A stretch of DNA of 64,000 nucleotides from an uncultured Chloroflexia bacterium (GTDB lineage: Bacteria; Chloroflexota; Limnocylindria; Limnocylindrales; CSP1-4): NCBI GenBank assembly GCA_963833225.1, contig CAWHXD010000019.1, positions 374,075 to 438,074 on the forward strand, read 5' to 3'. This document shows, in pieces, positions 26,279 through 35,104 of this stretch (its first letter is position 1; each line of letters opens with the position of its first letter). Position numbers and translations under genes: made by a program. The notes beneath the pieces are model-generated. The model was not told the DNA's origin. It searched no databases and worked only from the letters and a program-made list of their open reading frames with translations.

Positions 26279-27496
26279 CTACCAACTCGCGGCCGTGCCG
26301 CCCACCCGCGCCGCGTACTTCGCCTCCTCCTCACCCGACGCGAGGTAGGCGCGGTAGGGGTCGGGCGCGAGCCCGCGCGCGACCCGCAGCTCGGCGAGGA
26401 GCGGCCGGACGTCGGTGTTGAACGCATCCCACAGGCAGCCGTTCGCCTCCAGCACGTCGCCCGCCGCCTGCGCCGCCACCAGCCGCTCGCGGTCCACCAG
26501 CAGCACCTTGGCGATCGTCTCCTGGAGGTTCATGACGCTCCGGATCATGGCCGGCACCTTGGGCTCGATGTTGTGGCACTGGTCGAGCATGTAGGTGGTC
26601 TGGTTGGCGGTCTCCTGAGCGATCGGATCGGCGTCGTCGCGCATCGCGTTGACCAGCTCGTGGGCGATCCGGAAGAGCTGGTATGGGTCGATGGAGCCGA
26701 CCATGAGATCGTCGTCGCCGTACTTCTTGTCGTTGAGGTCGAAGGCGGCCAGCTTCCCCTCGGCGAGGAGCAGGGCCACGATCTGCTCGATGTTGACGCC
26801 CATCGCGTGGTGTCCGGTGTCGACGCACACGCCGGCGCGATCGCCCAGCTGGCGCACGACGTTGAGGCTCTGTCCCCAGTCCTGGACGTCGGTGCTGTAC
26901 AGCGCGGGCTCGTAGAGCTTGTACTCGAGGTACAGGCGGGCGTTCGCGGGCAGCGCGGCGTAGACCTCCCGCAGCCCGGCGACCAGCCGTCGGTGCCGTC
27001 CGCGCAGGTCGTCCTGGCCCGGGTAGTTGGTGCCGTCGCCCAGCCAGACCTTGACCGCCTGGGCATCGGTCGCGGCGGCGATCTCGCAGCAGCCCACGAT
27101 GGCCGCGACGGCCTTGGCGCGGACACGGGCGTCGGGATGACAGATCGACCCGAGCTTGTAGTCCTCGTCTTGGAAGGTGTTGCTGTTGATGCCGCCGAGG
27201 ACGAGCCCGCGCCCCTTCGTGTAGGCCGCGAGCCCCGCCCAGTCATCGACCATGTCCCAGGGGATGTGGAGGCTCACGCTGCCCGCGATCCCCGTGTAGC
27301 GGTTGACGGTCGCCGCGTCGTCGATCTTCTCGAACACCGTGCGCGGCACCCCCTGCTGGGGGAACACGCGGAACCGGGTCCCGGTATTGACGAAGCCCCA
27401 CGACGGAATCTCGATGTTGACGCCGTTCATGGCCCAGTCGATGCGCTCGATGGCCGGGGCGGACGCGGGCTTGGCGATGGCGGCGATGGTGGCCAT
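26279..27496 (-). CDS. rhaI: L-rhamnose isomerase (xylose-isomerase-like TIM barrel; actinobacterial/Pseudomonas stutzeri type)
   Basis: 405 aa with IEIPSWGFVNTGTRF, LHIPWD, CVDTGHH, FDLNDKKYGDDDL. Located between the kinase and the aldolase. Confidence 0.8.
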   Translation of the reverse strand: MATIAAIAKPASAPAIERIDWAMNGVNIEIPSWGFVNTGTRFRVFPQQGVPRTVFEKIDDAATVNRYTGIAGSVSLHIPWDMVDDWAGLAAYTKGRGLVLGGINSNTFQDEDYKLGSICHPDARVRAKAVAAIVGCCEIAAATDAQAVKVWLGDGTNYPGQDDLRGRHRRLVAGLREVYAALPANARLYLEYKLYEPALYSTDVQDWGQSLNVVRQLGDRAGVCVDTGHHAMGVNIEQIVALLLAEGKLAAFDLNDKKYGDDDLMVGSIDPYQLFRIAHELVNAMRDDADPIAQETANQTTYMLDQCHNIEPKVPAMIRSVMNLQETIAKVLLVDRERLVAAQAAGDVLEANGCLWDAFNTDVRPLLAELRVARGLAPDPYRAYLASGEEEAKYAARVGGTAASW

Positions 27497-27513
27497 GGCG
27501 GTCTCCTTGGGGC

Positions 27514-29007
27514 TCAGGCGGAGGTGGCGGGCCGGCGGGCGCAGATCGCGGCGAACCGCGCGCGCGCCTCGGTCCAGTCACCGGACGGTTCATAGGTGGT
27601 GATCGGGAAGGAGCGGGCCGCCAGCTCGCGTGCCTCGGCGACCGAGGCGAGCTCGCCCGACGCGATGGCCTGGACGGCGAGGTTGCCAATGGCCGTTGCC
27701 TCGACGGGGCCGGCTCGCACCGGGAGCCCGGTGGCGCCGGCGGTCAGGCGGTTGAGGAGGCGGTTCCTGCAGCCACCGCCCACGATGTGCACGGCATCGA
27801 TCGGCTGGTCTGACGCGGCGGCAAGCTGGTCGATCGCCGCGGCATAGCGCAGCGCCAGGCTCTCCAGCAGGACGCGCATCAGCGTGCCGGTGTCGCGCGG
27901 CACGGGCTGATCGGTCTCGGCGCAGAACTCGCGGACGCGAGCCGGGAGGTCGCCCGGGCGCAGGAAGCGCTCGTCGTCGGGATCGATGAACGCGGTGAAC
28001 GCCGGCGCGGCCTCGGCGAGGCCGGCCAGCTTCTCGTAGGTCGGTGCCTCGCGATCCGGCCACAGGGCGCGCCGGCTCTCCTGGACCAGCCACAGGCCAA
28101 CCACGTTGCGCAGCAGCCGGATCGTGCCGACCACGCCACCCTCGTTGGTCAGGTTCGCGGCGAGGGACACGTCGGAGATCACCGGCTCCGGCATCTCCAA
28201 CCCGATCAGCGACCAGGTGCCCGAGGAGAGGAAGGCGGTGGATCGGGATCCGATCGGGGTGCCGACAACGGCCGAGGCCGTGTCGTGCGAACCGGGGAGC
28301 ACCACCCGCGTGAGGGCGAGCCCGGACGCGCTCGCGAGCCCGTCCATCAGGCCGCCCACGTCCGTGCCGGGCGGAACGATCTCCGGCAACAGCCGGGTCG
28401 GGATGCCAAGGCGCTCCAGCATGGGTCGAGCCCAGTCGCGGGCCCGGGCGTCGAGCGCCTGGCTGGTGGATGCGAGCGTGTACTCGGACACGCTGGCGCC
28501 CGACAGGAAGTGGGCGAACAGGTCGGCCATCATCAGCAGCCGGTCCGCGTGCCGCAGGAGCGGGTCGTCCGCGCTCGCCATGGACAGCAGCTGGTACACG
28601 GTGTTGATGGCCATGAACTGGATGCCCGTGACGGCGTAGATCTCGTCCCGCGGGACCAGCCCGAACGCCCGCTCAAGCATGCCGTCGGTCCGTGCGTCAC
28701 GGTAGTGGACGGGGTTCGCGAGCAGTCGCCCCCGCTCGTCGAGGAGCGCGAAGTCCACGCCCCAGGTGTCGACGGCGACGGAGGCCACATCGCCTGCCGC
28801 GCCGGCCTTGCGCAGGCCGGTCCCGATGTCGCCGAACAGGCGCAGGGCGTCCCAGTGGAGCGTCCCCGCCACGGCCACGGGCACGTTCGGGAACCGGTGG
28901 ATGTCCTCGATCGCAAGCCGCTCGCCGTCGAAGGTGCCGACGAGGACTCGACCGCTTTCGGCACCCAGGTCGACGGCCGCGAGCCGGACGTTGGCGCGCT
29001 CAGTCAA
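27514..29007 (-). CDS. rhaB: rhamnulokinase (FGGY carbohydrate kinase family)
   Basis: LAAVDLGAESGRV...HRFPN...TLHWD...SVAVDTWGVDFALLD...GSHDTASAV...IVGGG is typical RhaB. Confidence 0.88.
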   Translation of the reverse strand: MTERANVRLAAVDLGAESGRVLVGTFDGERLAIEDIHRFPNVPVAVAGTLHWDALRLFGDIGTGLRKAGAAGDVASVAVDTWGVDFALLDERGRLLANPVHYRDARTDGMLERAFGLVPRDEIYAVTGIQFMAINTVYQLLSMASADDPLLRHADRLLMMADLFAHFLSGASVSEYTLASTSQALDARARDWARPMLERLGIPTRLLPEIVPPGTDVGGLMDGLASASGLALTRVVLPGSHDTASAVVGTPIGSRSTAFLSSGTWSLIGLEMPEPVISDVSLAANLTNEGGVVGTIRLLRNVVGLWLVQESRRALWPDREAPTYEKLAGLAEAAPAFTAFIDPDDERFLRPGDLPARVREFCAETDQPVPRDTGTLMRVLLESLALRYAAAIDQLAAASDQPIDAVHIVGGGCRNRLLNRLTAGATGLPVRAGPVEATAIGNLAVQAIASGELASVAEARELAARSFPITTYEPSGDWTEARARFAAICARRPATSA

Positions 29008-29314
29008 GGCGGAACACCTCCTCCAGGCGCCGGTGGAACCCCGTGGCCGGGTCGGTGCACGGGTCGATGAGGCGGGCCATGTCCGCCTGCCAGAGGTCGT
29101 TGACCGGCTGCTCGGCCATGAACGCCCGGAACCGGTCGAAGTCCTCGACGTCGAACACGCCGATCAGTGTCCCGTCGAGCAGGTAGATGGAGTAGTTGCT
29201 GACCCCGCCGTCCCGGAGGGCCCCGAGCATCTCGGGCCAGACGTCGGCGTGGCGCCGGCGGTACTCGTCCTCGGCGCCGGGCAGCAGGCGCATGGTGAAG
29301 GCGATGCGTTCCAT
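29000..29314 (-). CDS. rhaM: L-rhamnose mutarotase
   Basis: 104 aa: MERIAFTMRLLPGAEDEYRRRHADVWPEMLGALRDGGVSNYSIY (RhaM/YiiL family). Overlaps the rhaB start by 8 nt. Confidence 0.88.
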   Translation of the reverse strand: MERIAFTMRLLPGAEDEYRRRHADVWPEMLGALRDGGVSNYSIYLLDGTLIGVFDVEDFDRFRAFMAEQPVNDLWQADMARLIDPCTDPATGFHRRLEEVFRLD

Positions 29315-29340
29315 CGATGGTGGCTCCCGGGATGGGAAAC

Positions 29341-29369
29341 GGGCCCCGGCGGAGGATCCGCCGGGGCCC
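29341..29369 (-). promoter_or_regulatory. perfect 12-bp-stem hairpin GGGCCCCGGCGG-aggat-CCGCCGGGGCCC between the SBP gene and rhaM
   Basis: Read directly. It is intercistronic, 12 nt after the SBP stop and 27 nt before the rhaM start. A near-identical stem core occurs at 45664-45696. Confidence 0.5.
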
Positions 29370-29380
29370 GGCTGGAGGAG

Positions 29381-30489
29381 CTAGAAGTCGAACTGGTCGA
29401 CGTTCGTCGCGTCGAACCGGAAAGCCGGCCCGAGGATGACGACGCTGTCCGCACCGATCGTGTACGGCTGGCCGTTGTTGAGACTCGGCACGGTGAAGGT
29501 CTCGCCCTCAGCGCCCGTGATCTCGCCCTTGACCAGCTTGTCGGCGATGACGTAGGAGAGGTAGCCGAGGTCCGGGAACACTCCACAGGCCGAAGACCGG
29601 GGAGGTGCCGTCCTTGACGAACGGCCTTCATGTCGTTGGGGAAGCCGAGGCCGGTGACCTTGACGGAGTCCGACTTGCCGGCCTGCGAGACGACCTGTGC
29701 CGCCGCGAGGATGCCGACCGTGGTCGGGGCGACGATGACCTTGAGGTTCGGGTACTTGGTCAGCAGAGTCTGCGCCTGCTGGGTGCTCTTGGTCGCGTCG
29801 TCATCGCCGTAGACGGTGTCGACGAGCTTGAGCCCCGCGTACTTGGTCGTCCTTGAGGGTCGTCTTCATGAGGTCGATCCAGGCGTTCTGGTTGGTGGCC
29901 GTGGCGGCCGCCGACAGGATCGCGATCTCGCCGGTGCAATTCGGCGCGAGCTCGCACGCCCAGTCGGCGAGGTTGACGCCGACGCCGCTGAAGTCAACCT
30001 GGTTGACGAACACGTTGTAGGCGCCGACCGCGGGGCTGGAGTCAAAGCCGACAACCTTGATGCCCGCTGCCATGGCCTCCTTGAGCGCCGGGGCGACCTC
30101 GTCCTTGCCGTCAGCGGAGATGATGATCGCGCTGACGTTCTGGGTGGTGAGGTCCGTGATGAACGGGATCTGGAGGTCGGCCTTCGCCTCGTTGGGCCCG
30201 ACCTGGATGACGGTCCCGCCGAGCTCGCCGGCAGCCTTGTCGACGCCCGTCTTCGCGGCGGCGAAGTACTGGTTGACGATGTCCTTGGGCAGGTAGCCGA
30301 CGGTCATGGACCGGGCGCCATGGACGCGGGCGCCATGGACCGGGCGCCATGGACTCGGGCGCCATGGACTCGGGCGCCTGGGCTGGCGGGGGCGGCGGAC
30401 GGGCTGGCGGCGCCGTTGCCGCAGGCCGACAGCACGATGACGGCCGTGCCTGCGATGGCGAGCCACCGTCCGGCTGAATGGAGCTTCAA
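29381..30489 (-). pseudogene. rhamnose-type sugar ABC transporter substrate-binding lipoprotein (RhaSTPQ-type), at least 4 frameshifts
   Basis: TTG 30489 follows GGAGGA. Lipoprotein signal KLHSAGRWLAIAGTAVIVLSAC. The mature domain (VGYLPKDIVNQYFAAAKTG...) is in another frame. Further frame changes occur near 29843-29850 (LKDD|KYAGLKLVDTVYGDDD), 29619-29626 (NDMKA|FVKDGTSPVFGLW) and 29578-29588 (|VFPDLGYLSYVIADK...FDF*). Confidence 0.8.
30306..30378. repeat. tandem repeat, 5 units of 15/14 bp (ATGGAC[T/C/G]CGGGCGCC), inside the SBP lipoprotein linker
   Basis: Units lie at 30306-19 (14), 30320-34 (15), 30335-48 (14), 30349-63 (15) and 30364-78 (15). They encode GARVH pentapeptide repeats in the signal-peptide frame. 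Confidence 0.9.
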
Positions 30490-30527
30490 GGGAGTTCCTC
30501 CTCTATGTCGATTACTGGCGCGCGTTC

Positions 30528-31564
30528 TCACCCGGGAATCGCGTCGGCCGGCTGGTGCCGGCGCCTCTGGACGCGTTCATGGCCGTTCTGGCCTTGGTGA
30601 GCGAAGGTTGGGATGAGGACGGACAGGATCAGCAGCAACCCCAGGGCGATGCTCTGGACCTCGACCGACACGCTGGCGAGCCGGAGGGCGTTCTGCATCA
30701 CGGCGATCGTGAGCACGGCCAGGACCGTGCCCGGGATCGTGCCCGAACCTCCGAAGATATTGGCGCCGCCCGAGCAGCACGACCGTCGACGGCCGTGATC
30801 GTCATCCCCTCGCCGGCATCGGCGCGGGCGCTCGAGAGACGGGATGTCAGCACGACGCCCGCGAAGGCGGCGATGGTGCCCGTGAGGACGAACAGGCTGG
30901 TGCGGAGACGGGTCACCCGGACGCCCGAGTAGCGAGCCGTCCCCGCGTTCCGGCCAATGGCGTAGATCTGGCGCCCGATCCACGTCCGGTGGAGCACGAT
31001 GCCGAGCGCCAGCGCGAGGCCGAGGAAGATGACGAACGACCATGGGATCACCGTGCCGGGAACGTCGCCGAACCCGAGCTGGGTGAAGGCCTCCGGGAAG
31101 TTGCTGACACCGCGCGGCCCAAGGACGATGAGCGCCATCCCGCGGAACAGGGCCAGCGTGCCGAGCGTGACCACGAGCGACGGCAGGCCGCCGCGGCCGA
31201 CGAGGACGCCGTTGAGGAAGCCGCCGGCGGCGCCGATGAGCGAGCACGAGCGGGATGGCGATCTCGAGGGGCACGCCGGCCGCCCACAGGAAGCCAAGGG
31301 TTGCGCTGGCGAGCCCGGCCATCGACTCCACCGACAGGTCGATCTCGCCGAGGATGATGACCAGGGTCAGCGGCAGGGCCATGATCGCCACCTCCATGAG
31401 GGCGGCGACCAGGTTCGAGAAGTTCTTGGCGGTCAGGAAGTACGGGGAGAGGGCGTTGCCCATCACACCAGCCCCAGCAGGGCGACCAGGAGCAGCGTCT
31501 CCCATCGGGCCAGCCCCCGAAGCACGGAGCCGATCACCGGCCGGGACCGCGCCGGCGCCGTCAT
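30528..31564 (-). pseudogene. sugar ABC transporter permease (RhaQ-like), at least 4 frameshifts
   Basis: ATG 31564 overlaps the upstream stop (ATGA). Good sequence alternates between frames: MTAPARSRPVIGSVLRGLARWETLLLVALLGLV | VMGNALSPYFLTAKNF...IAIPLVLA | LIGAAGGFLNGVLVG...GEGMTITAV | VVLLG | GANIFGGSGTIPGTVLAVLTIAVMQNALRL... Switch sites are near 31465, 31238-46, 30791-801 and 30776-83. Confidence 0.8.
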
Positions 31565-32580
31565 CGGGCGCCACTCCGGGTGTTCGCGCGCTGGACGCCA
31601 CGACGGATGAGCTGGTCGCTGCTGATCGCCAGCAGGATGACAACGCCGTAGATCGCCTGGAGCCAGAACTGCGACAGGCCGACGAGGATCAGCGCATTCG
31701 CGATGAACCCGAGGAACAGGGCGCCGATCGCCGCGCCGGCGAGCGTGCCCGAGCCGCCGAGGATGTTCACCCCGCCGACCACGACCGCGGCGATGACCGC
31801 GAGGACCACGCCCGTTGCCGCTGTGCCGTTGATGGTGCCGAACTCGATCACCCACATCACGCCCGCCAGGCCCGCGAGGATGCCGCACACGGCATAGGCG
31901 ACGAAGATGACCCGGCGGGACGGGATGCCCAGGATCGCGGCCGCATCAGGGTTGCTGCCGACGGCGTAGACCTGGCGGCCGAAGCGGGTCGAGCGCAGGA
32001 GCACGGAGCCCACGACGACCACCCCGATCGTGACGCAGGACGAACACGGGGATGCCGAGGAAGTCGGTGCGGGCGATGTGGGCGAACCCCTCGGGAAGGC
32101 AGGCGAGCGGGACCTGGTCGGGACCGGCGATCACGTAGTCGATCCCGCGGAAGATGCTGAGCGTTCCCAGGGTGGCCACGATCGCGCGGCACCTTGAGCA
32201 TCGCGATGATGAACCCGTTGACCATCCCGAGCACAAGGCCGATGGCGAGCCCCAGCACGAGCGCACCGAGCCGGGTCGACGGTCTCCAGCTCGAGCGAGC
32301 GGGCGACGGCGTAGGCAACCAGCCCGATGATCGCCTCGACCGACAGGTCGATGCCCCGGGTGATGATGACGAGCGCCTCGCCGACAGCGGCGATCGCCGT
32401 GATCGACGCGAGGACCGCGACCTGGCTGAAGTTGTCGACGGACAGGAACTGCGGGGCCATGGTCGTGACCAGGCCGCCGAGCACGAACATGAGCGCGACC
32501 AGGGTCAGCTCGCGCTGGCGTCCGATCACCAGCAGCCAGTGGCCGCGGCCCCGCCGCACCGGGAGCGTCGCTTCAGCCAT
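31561..32580 (-). pseudogene. sugar ABC transporter permease (RhaP-like), at least 3 frameshifts
   Basis: Segments MAEATLPV...ITRGIDLSVEAIIGLVAYAVA | GALVLGLAIGLVLGMVNGFIIAMLKVP | AIVATLGTLSIFRGIDYVIAGPDQ...GIPVFV | TIGVVVVGSVLLRSTRFGRQVYAVGSN...GGVNILGGSGT... lie in four frames. Switch sites are near 32270-300, 32184-90 and 32030-37. Confidence 0.8.
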
Positions 32581-34070
32581 GGGATCGCCTGGGTGCCGGT
32601 GGCCGCGAACATCACGCGCTCCTGGGTGGCCTCATCCCTCGAGATCTCGGCCGTGACCCGGCCCTCGTGGAGGACGATGATCCGGTCGGACATCGCCAGC
32701 ACCTCGGGCAGATCGCTCGAGATCAGGATGATCGCCAGGCCCTTCGCGGCCAGCTCGGCGATCAACCGGTGCACCTCGACCTTGGCTCCGATGTCGATGC
32801 CCCGCGTCGGCTCGTCGAGGATCAGGACCCGCGGGCCGGACGCCAGCCACTTGGCCAGCACGACCTTCTGCTGGTTGCCGCCCGACAGGGCGCCCACCTG
32901 TTGGTCGACGCCGGTCATCCGTACGTCGAACTGCTCGGTGTGCTCGGCTGCCACGGCTCGCTCCTTCGCCTCGTGCACCAGGAGCCTGGGGAACAGGCGG
33001 GGCAGGATGGGCAGCGTGACGTTGTGGGCAATGGAGAAGTCGAGGATCAGGCCCTGCTGGTGGCGGTCCTCGGGCAGATAGGCGATGCCCGCGCTCATCG
33101 CCCCGGACGGCGCGCCGAAGTCCACGGGTGTTCCGTCCAGCCGCACGTCTCCGCTGTCCCGCCGGTCGATCCCGAACAGCACCCGAGCGATCTCGGACCG
33201 GCCGGCCCCGACGAGGCCCGCGAGCCCGACGATCTCCCCGGCCCGCACCGAGAACGAGACATCGCGGAACACACCGACCCGCGTCAGGTTGGAGACCTCG
33301 AGCAGCACATCGCCGATCGGGTTCTCGACCTTTGGAAACAGGGACACGGTCCGGCCGACCATGTGGCGGATGAGGTCGGCGGTCGTGAGCTCCGATGTCG
33401 GCGCGGTGACGACATGACGGCCATCACGGAAGACCGTCGCCCGGTCACTCAGGTCGAACACCTCGTCCAGGCGGTGGCTCACGAACAGGATGGCCACGCC
33501 CCGGTCCCGCAGCCGGCGGACGATGGTGAACAGCCGCTCGACTTCGTGGGCCGAGAGCGAGGCCGTGGGTTCATCAAGGATGAGCACGTTGGCCTCGACC
33601 GACAGGGCCTTGGCGATCTCGATCAGCTGCTGGTCGGCCATCGACAGGCCACGAACCGGTGCGCCGACGTTGACCTGCACGTCCAGCTCTTCAAACAGCG
33701 TCTCCGCCGACCGCCGCATGCCGCGCCAGTCGATCAACCCGAGGTGGCCAGACGGCGCGTGACCGATGAACACGTTCTCGGCGACCGTGAGGTCCGGGAA
33801 CAGGCGTGGCTCCTGGTGGACGACCGCGATCCCCAGCGCGCGCGACCGGGATGGCCCGGCGATCTGGGTTGGCACGCCGTCCAGCAGGATCGTGCCGCTG
33901 TCCGGCTGGTGGACCCCGGCCAGGATCTTGACAAGGGTGCTCTTGCCGGCACCGTTCTCGCCGACGAGCGCGTGCACCTCGCCCGCCAGGATGTCGAGCG
34001 AGACATCGCTCAGCGCCGCGGTCGCCCCAAAGCGCTTGGAGATCCCGGACAGGGCGACGCGCGGCGTCAT
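32526..34070 (-). CDS. sugar ABC transporter ATP-binding protein (duplicated ATPase, RhaT/RbsA-like)
   Basis: Two ABC cassettes (GENGAGKST...LSMADQQLIEIAKAL...LILDEPT and GLVGAGRSE...LSGGNQQKVVLAKWL...LILDEPTRGID). The ATG 34070 overlaps the deoR stop (ATGA). The last ~18 codons overlap the permease start and look non-native. Confidence 0.88.
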   Translation of the reverse strand: MTPRVALSGISKRFGATAALSDVSLDILAGEVHALVGENGAGKSTLVKILAGVHQPDSGTILLDGVPTQIAGPSRSRALGIAVVHQEPRLFPDLTVAENVFIGHAPSGHLGLIDWRGMRRSAETLFEELDVQVNVGAPVRGLSMADQQLIEIAKALSVEANVLILDEPTASLSAHEVERLFTIVRRLRDRGVAILFVSHRLDEVFDLSDRATVFRDGRHVVTAPTSELTTADLIRHMVGRTVSLFPKVENPIGDVLLEVSNLTRVGVFRDVSFSVRAGEIVGLAGLVGAGRSEIARVLFGIDRRDSGDVRLDGTPVDFGAPSGAMSAGIAYLPEDRHQQGLILDFSIAHNVTLPILPRLFPRLLVHEAKERAVAAEHTEQFDVRMTGVDQQVGALSGGNQQKVVLAKWLASGPRVLILDEPTRGIDIGAKVEVHRLIAELAAKGLAIILISSDLPEVLAMSDRIIVLHEGRVTAEISRDEATQERVMFAATGTQAIPWLKRRSRCGGAAATGCW

Positions 34071-34891
34071 CCGGCGGCCCCGGCGTCGACGCGCATGACG
34101 GTCACGCCAAGCCTCTCGAGGGCGGTGACCATGTCGGCGGGCGCCTGCTGGTCCGTGATGATGCCGGTCAGCCGGTCCGCGCGGCAGAACGTCGCCGACG
34201 CCGTGCGCCCGAACTTGGTGTGGTCCACGACCGCATAGACCTCGCGCGCCGCCGCGACCATCGAGCGCTTGATCTGGGCCTCCTCCTCCATCGCGTCGGT
34301 GAGGCCGGCCTCCATCGTGAGGCCCACGGCCCCCACGAATGCCTTCTGGACGTTGACCCGGCGGAAGACGCCATCGCCCAGCGGCCCAACGACCGAGAGC
34401 GCCTCGGAGCGGACGCGGCCGCCCAGCATCAGGACCGTGATCCCGGGGTGGCCCGCGAGCTCCAGCGCGATCCGGATGCTGTTGGTCACCACCGTGAGCT
34501 GATGCCAGGTCGTGCGCTCCTTGAGGTGGCGGGCGACGTAGAGCGCCGTGGTGCTCGCGTCGAACACGATGCTCTCGCCGTCCGCGATGAGGGCGGCGGC
34601 GGCCGAGCCGATCTGCCACTTCTCGTCGCGCTGGCGTCGTTCGCGGACCTCGAACGCGGGCTCCGGACGGTCGGAGGCACGGGGGGCGATCGCGCCACCG
34701 TGGGTCCGCATGACGCGCGCCTCGCCCTCGAGCACGAGGAGGTCCTTGCGGATCGTGACCGGCGACACGCCGAACTGGACGGCCAGCTCCGCGACCCGCA
34801 CACGGCCGGCGTTGGCGACCATCTCCGCGATCTGCTCCTGGCGCTCCGGGGCGAACACGGCCTCGGGCGTGGTACCGGGCTTCACAGCCAC
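34067..34891 (-). CDS. DeoR/GlpR family transcriptional regulator
   Basis: PERQEQIAEMVANAGRVRVAELAVQFGVSPVTIRKDLLVLEGE HTH plus a DeoR C-terminal sensor domain (IVFDASTTALYVARHL...VVTNSI...GAVGL...). GTG start at 34891/34885 lies after GGAG. Confidence 0.85.
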   Translation of the reverse strand: MAVKPGTTPEAVFAPERQEQIAEMVANAGRVRVAELAVQFGVSPVTIRKDLLVLEGEARVMRTHGGAIAPRASDRPEPAFEVRERRQRDEKWQIGSAAAALIADGESIVFDASTTALYVARHLKERTTWHQLTVVTNSIRIALELAGHPGITVLMLGGRVRSEALSVVGPLGDGVFRRVNVQKAFVGAVGLTMEAGLTDAMEEEAQIKRSMVAAAREVYAVVDHTKFGRTASATFCRADRLTGIITDQQAPADMVTALERLGVTVMRVDAGAAG

Positions 34892-35104
34892 AAGGTTCGA
34901 CTCCAAGCGAAACGGGGAAGGTCGATTTCGAAACTTCGGTTGGTTGCGAATAGGAGCACTTTGCGACGGCGAGCGGGCTCTGTCAAGCGCAATCGCGCCA
35001 GAGATGCCTGGCCTGGGTTGAGTTGGCGCCGTCGGTCGCGTACGATGCGGTATCACAACCAATCGGAATGAGTCGTAACTACTCGGAGAGCAGGCGAACC
35101 GCAG

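Noticed and set aside
9700-32300. Programmed ribosomal frameshifting as the explanation for the frame changes (nrfD, E2, NDHExDWE protein, ABC importer).
   Set aside because: No slippery heptamers or downstream pseudoknot-like contexts were seen. The sites are single-base length changes in short G/C runs or small indels in unrelated genes, and there are too many of them in the importer. Mutation or sequence error is the simpler reading.
32526-32580. The 55-nt overlap between the ATPase 3' end (…GTQAIPWLKRRSRCGGAAATGCW*) and the RhaP-like permease start considered as a further frameshift.
   Set aside because: The tail looks non-native, but I cannot locate a specific indel or a better stop from the sequence alone. 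It is left as a note in the feature evidence.
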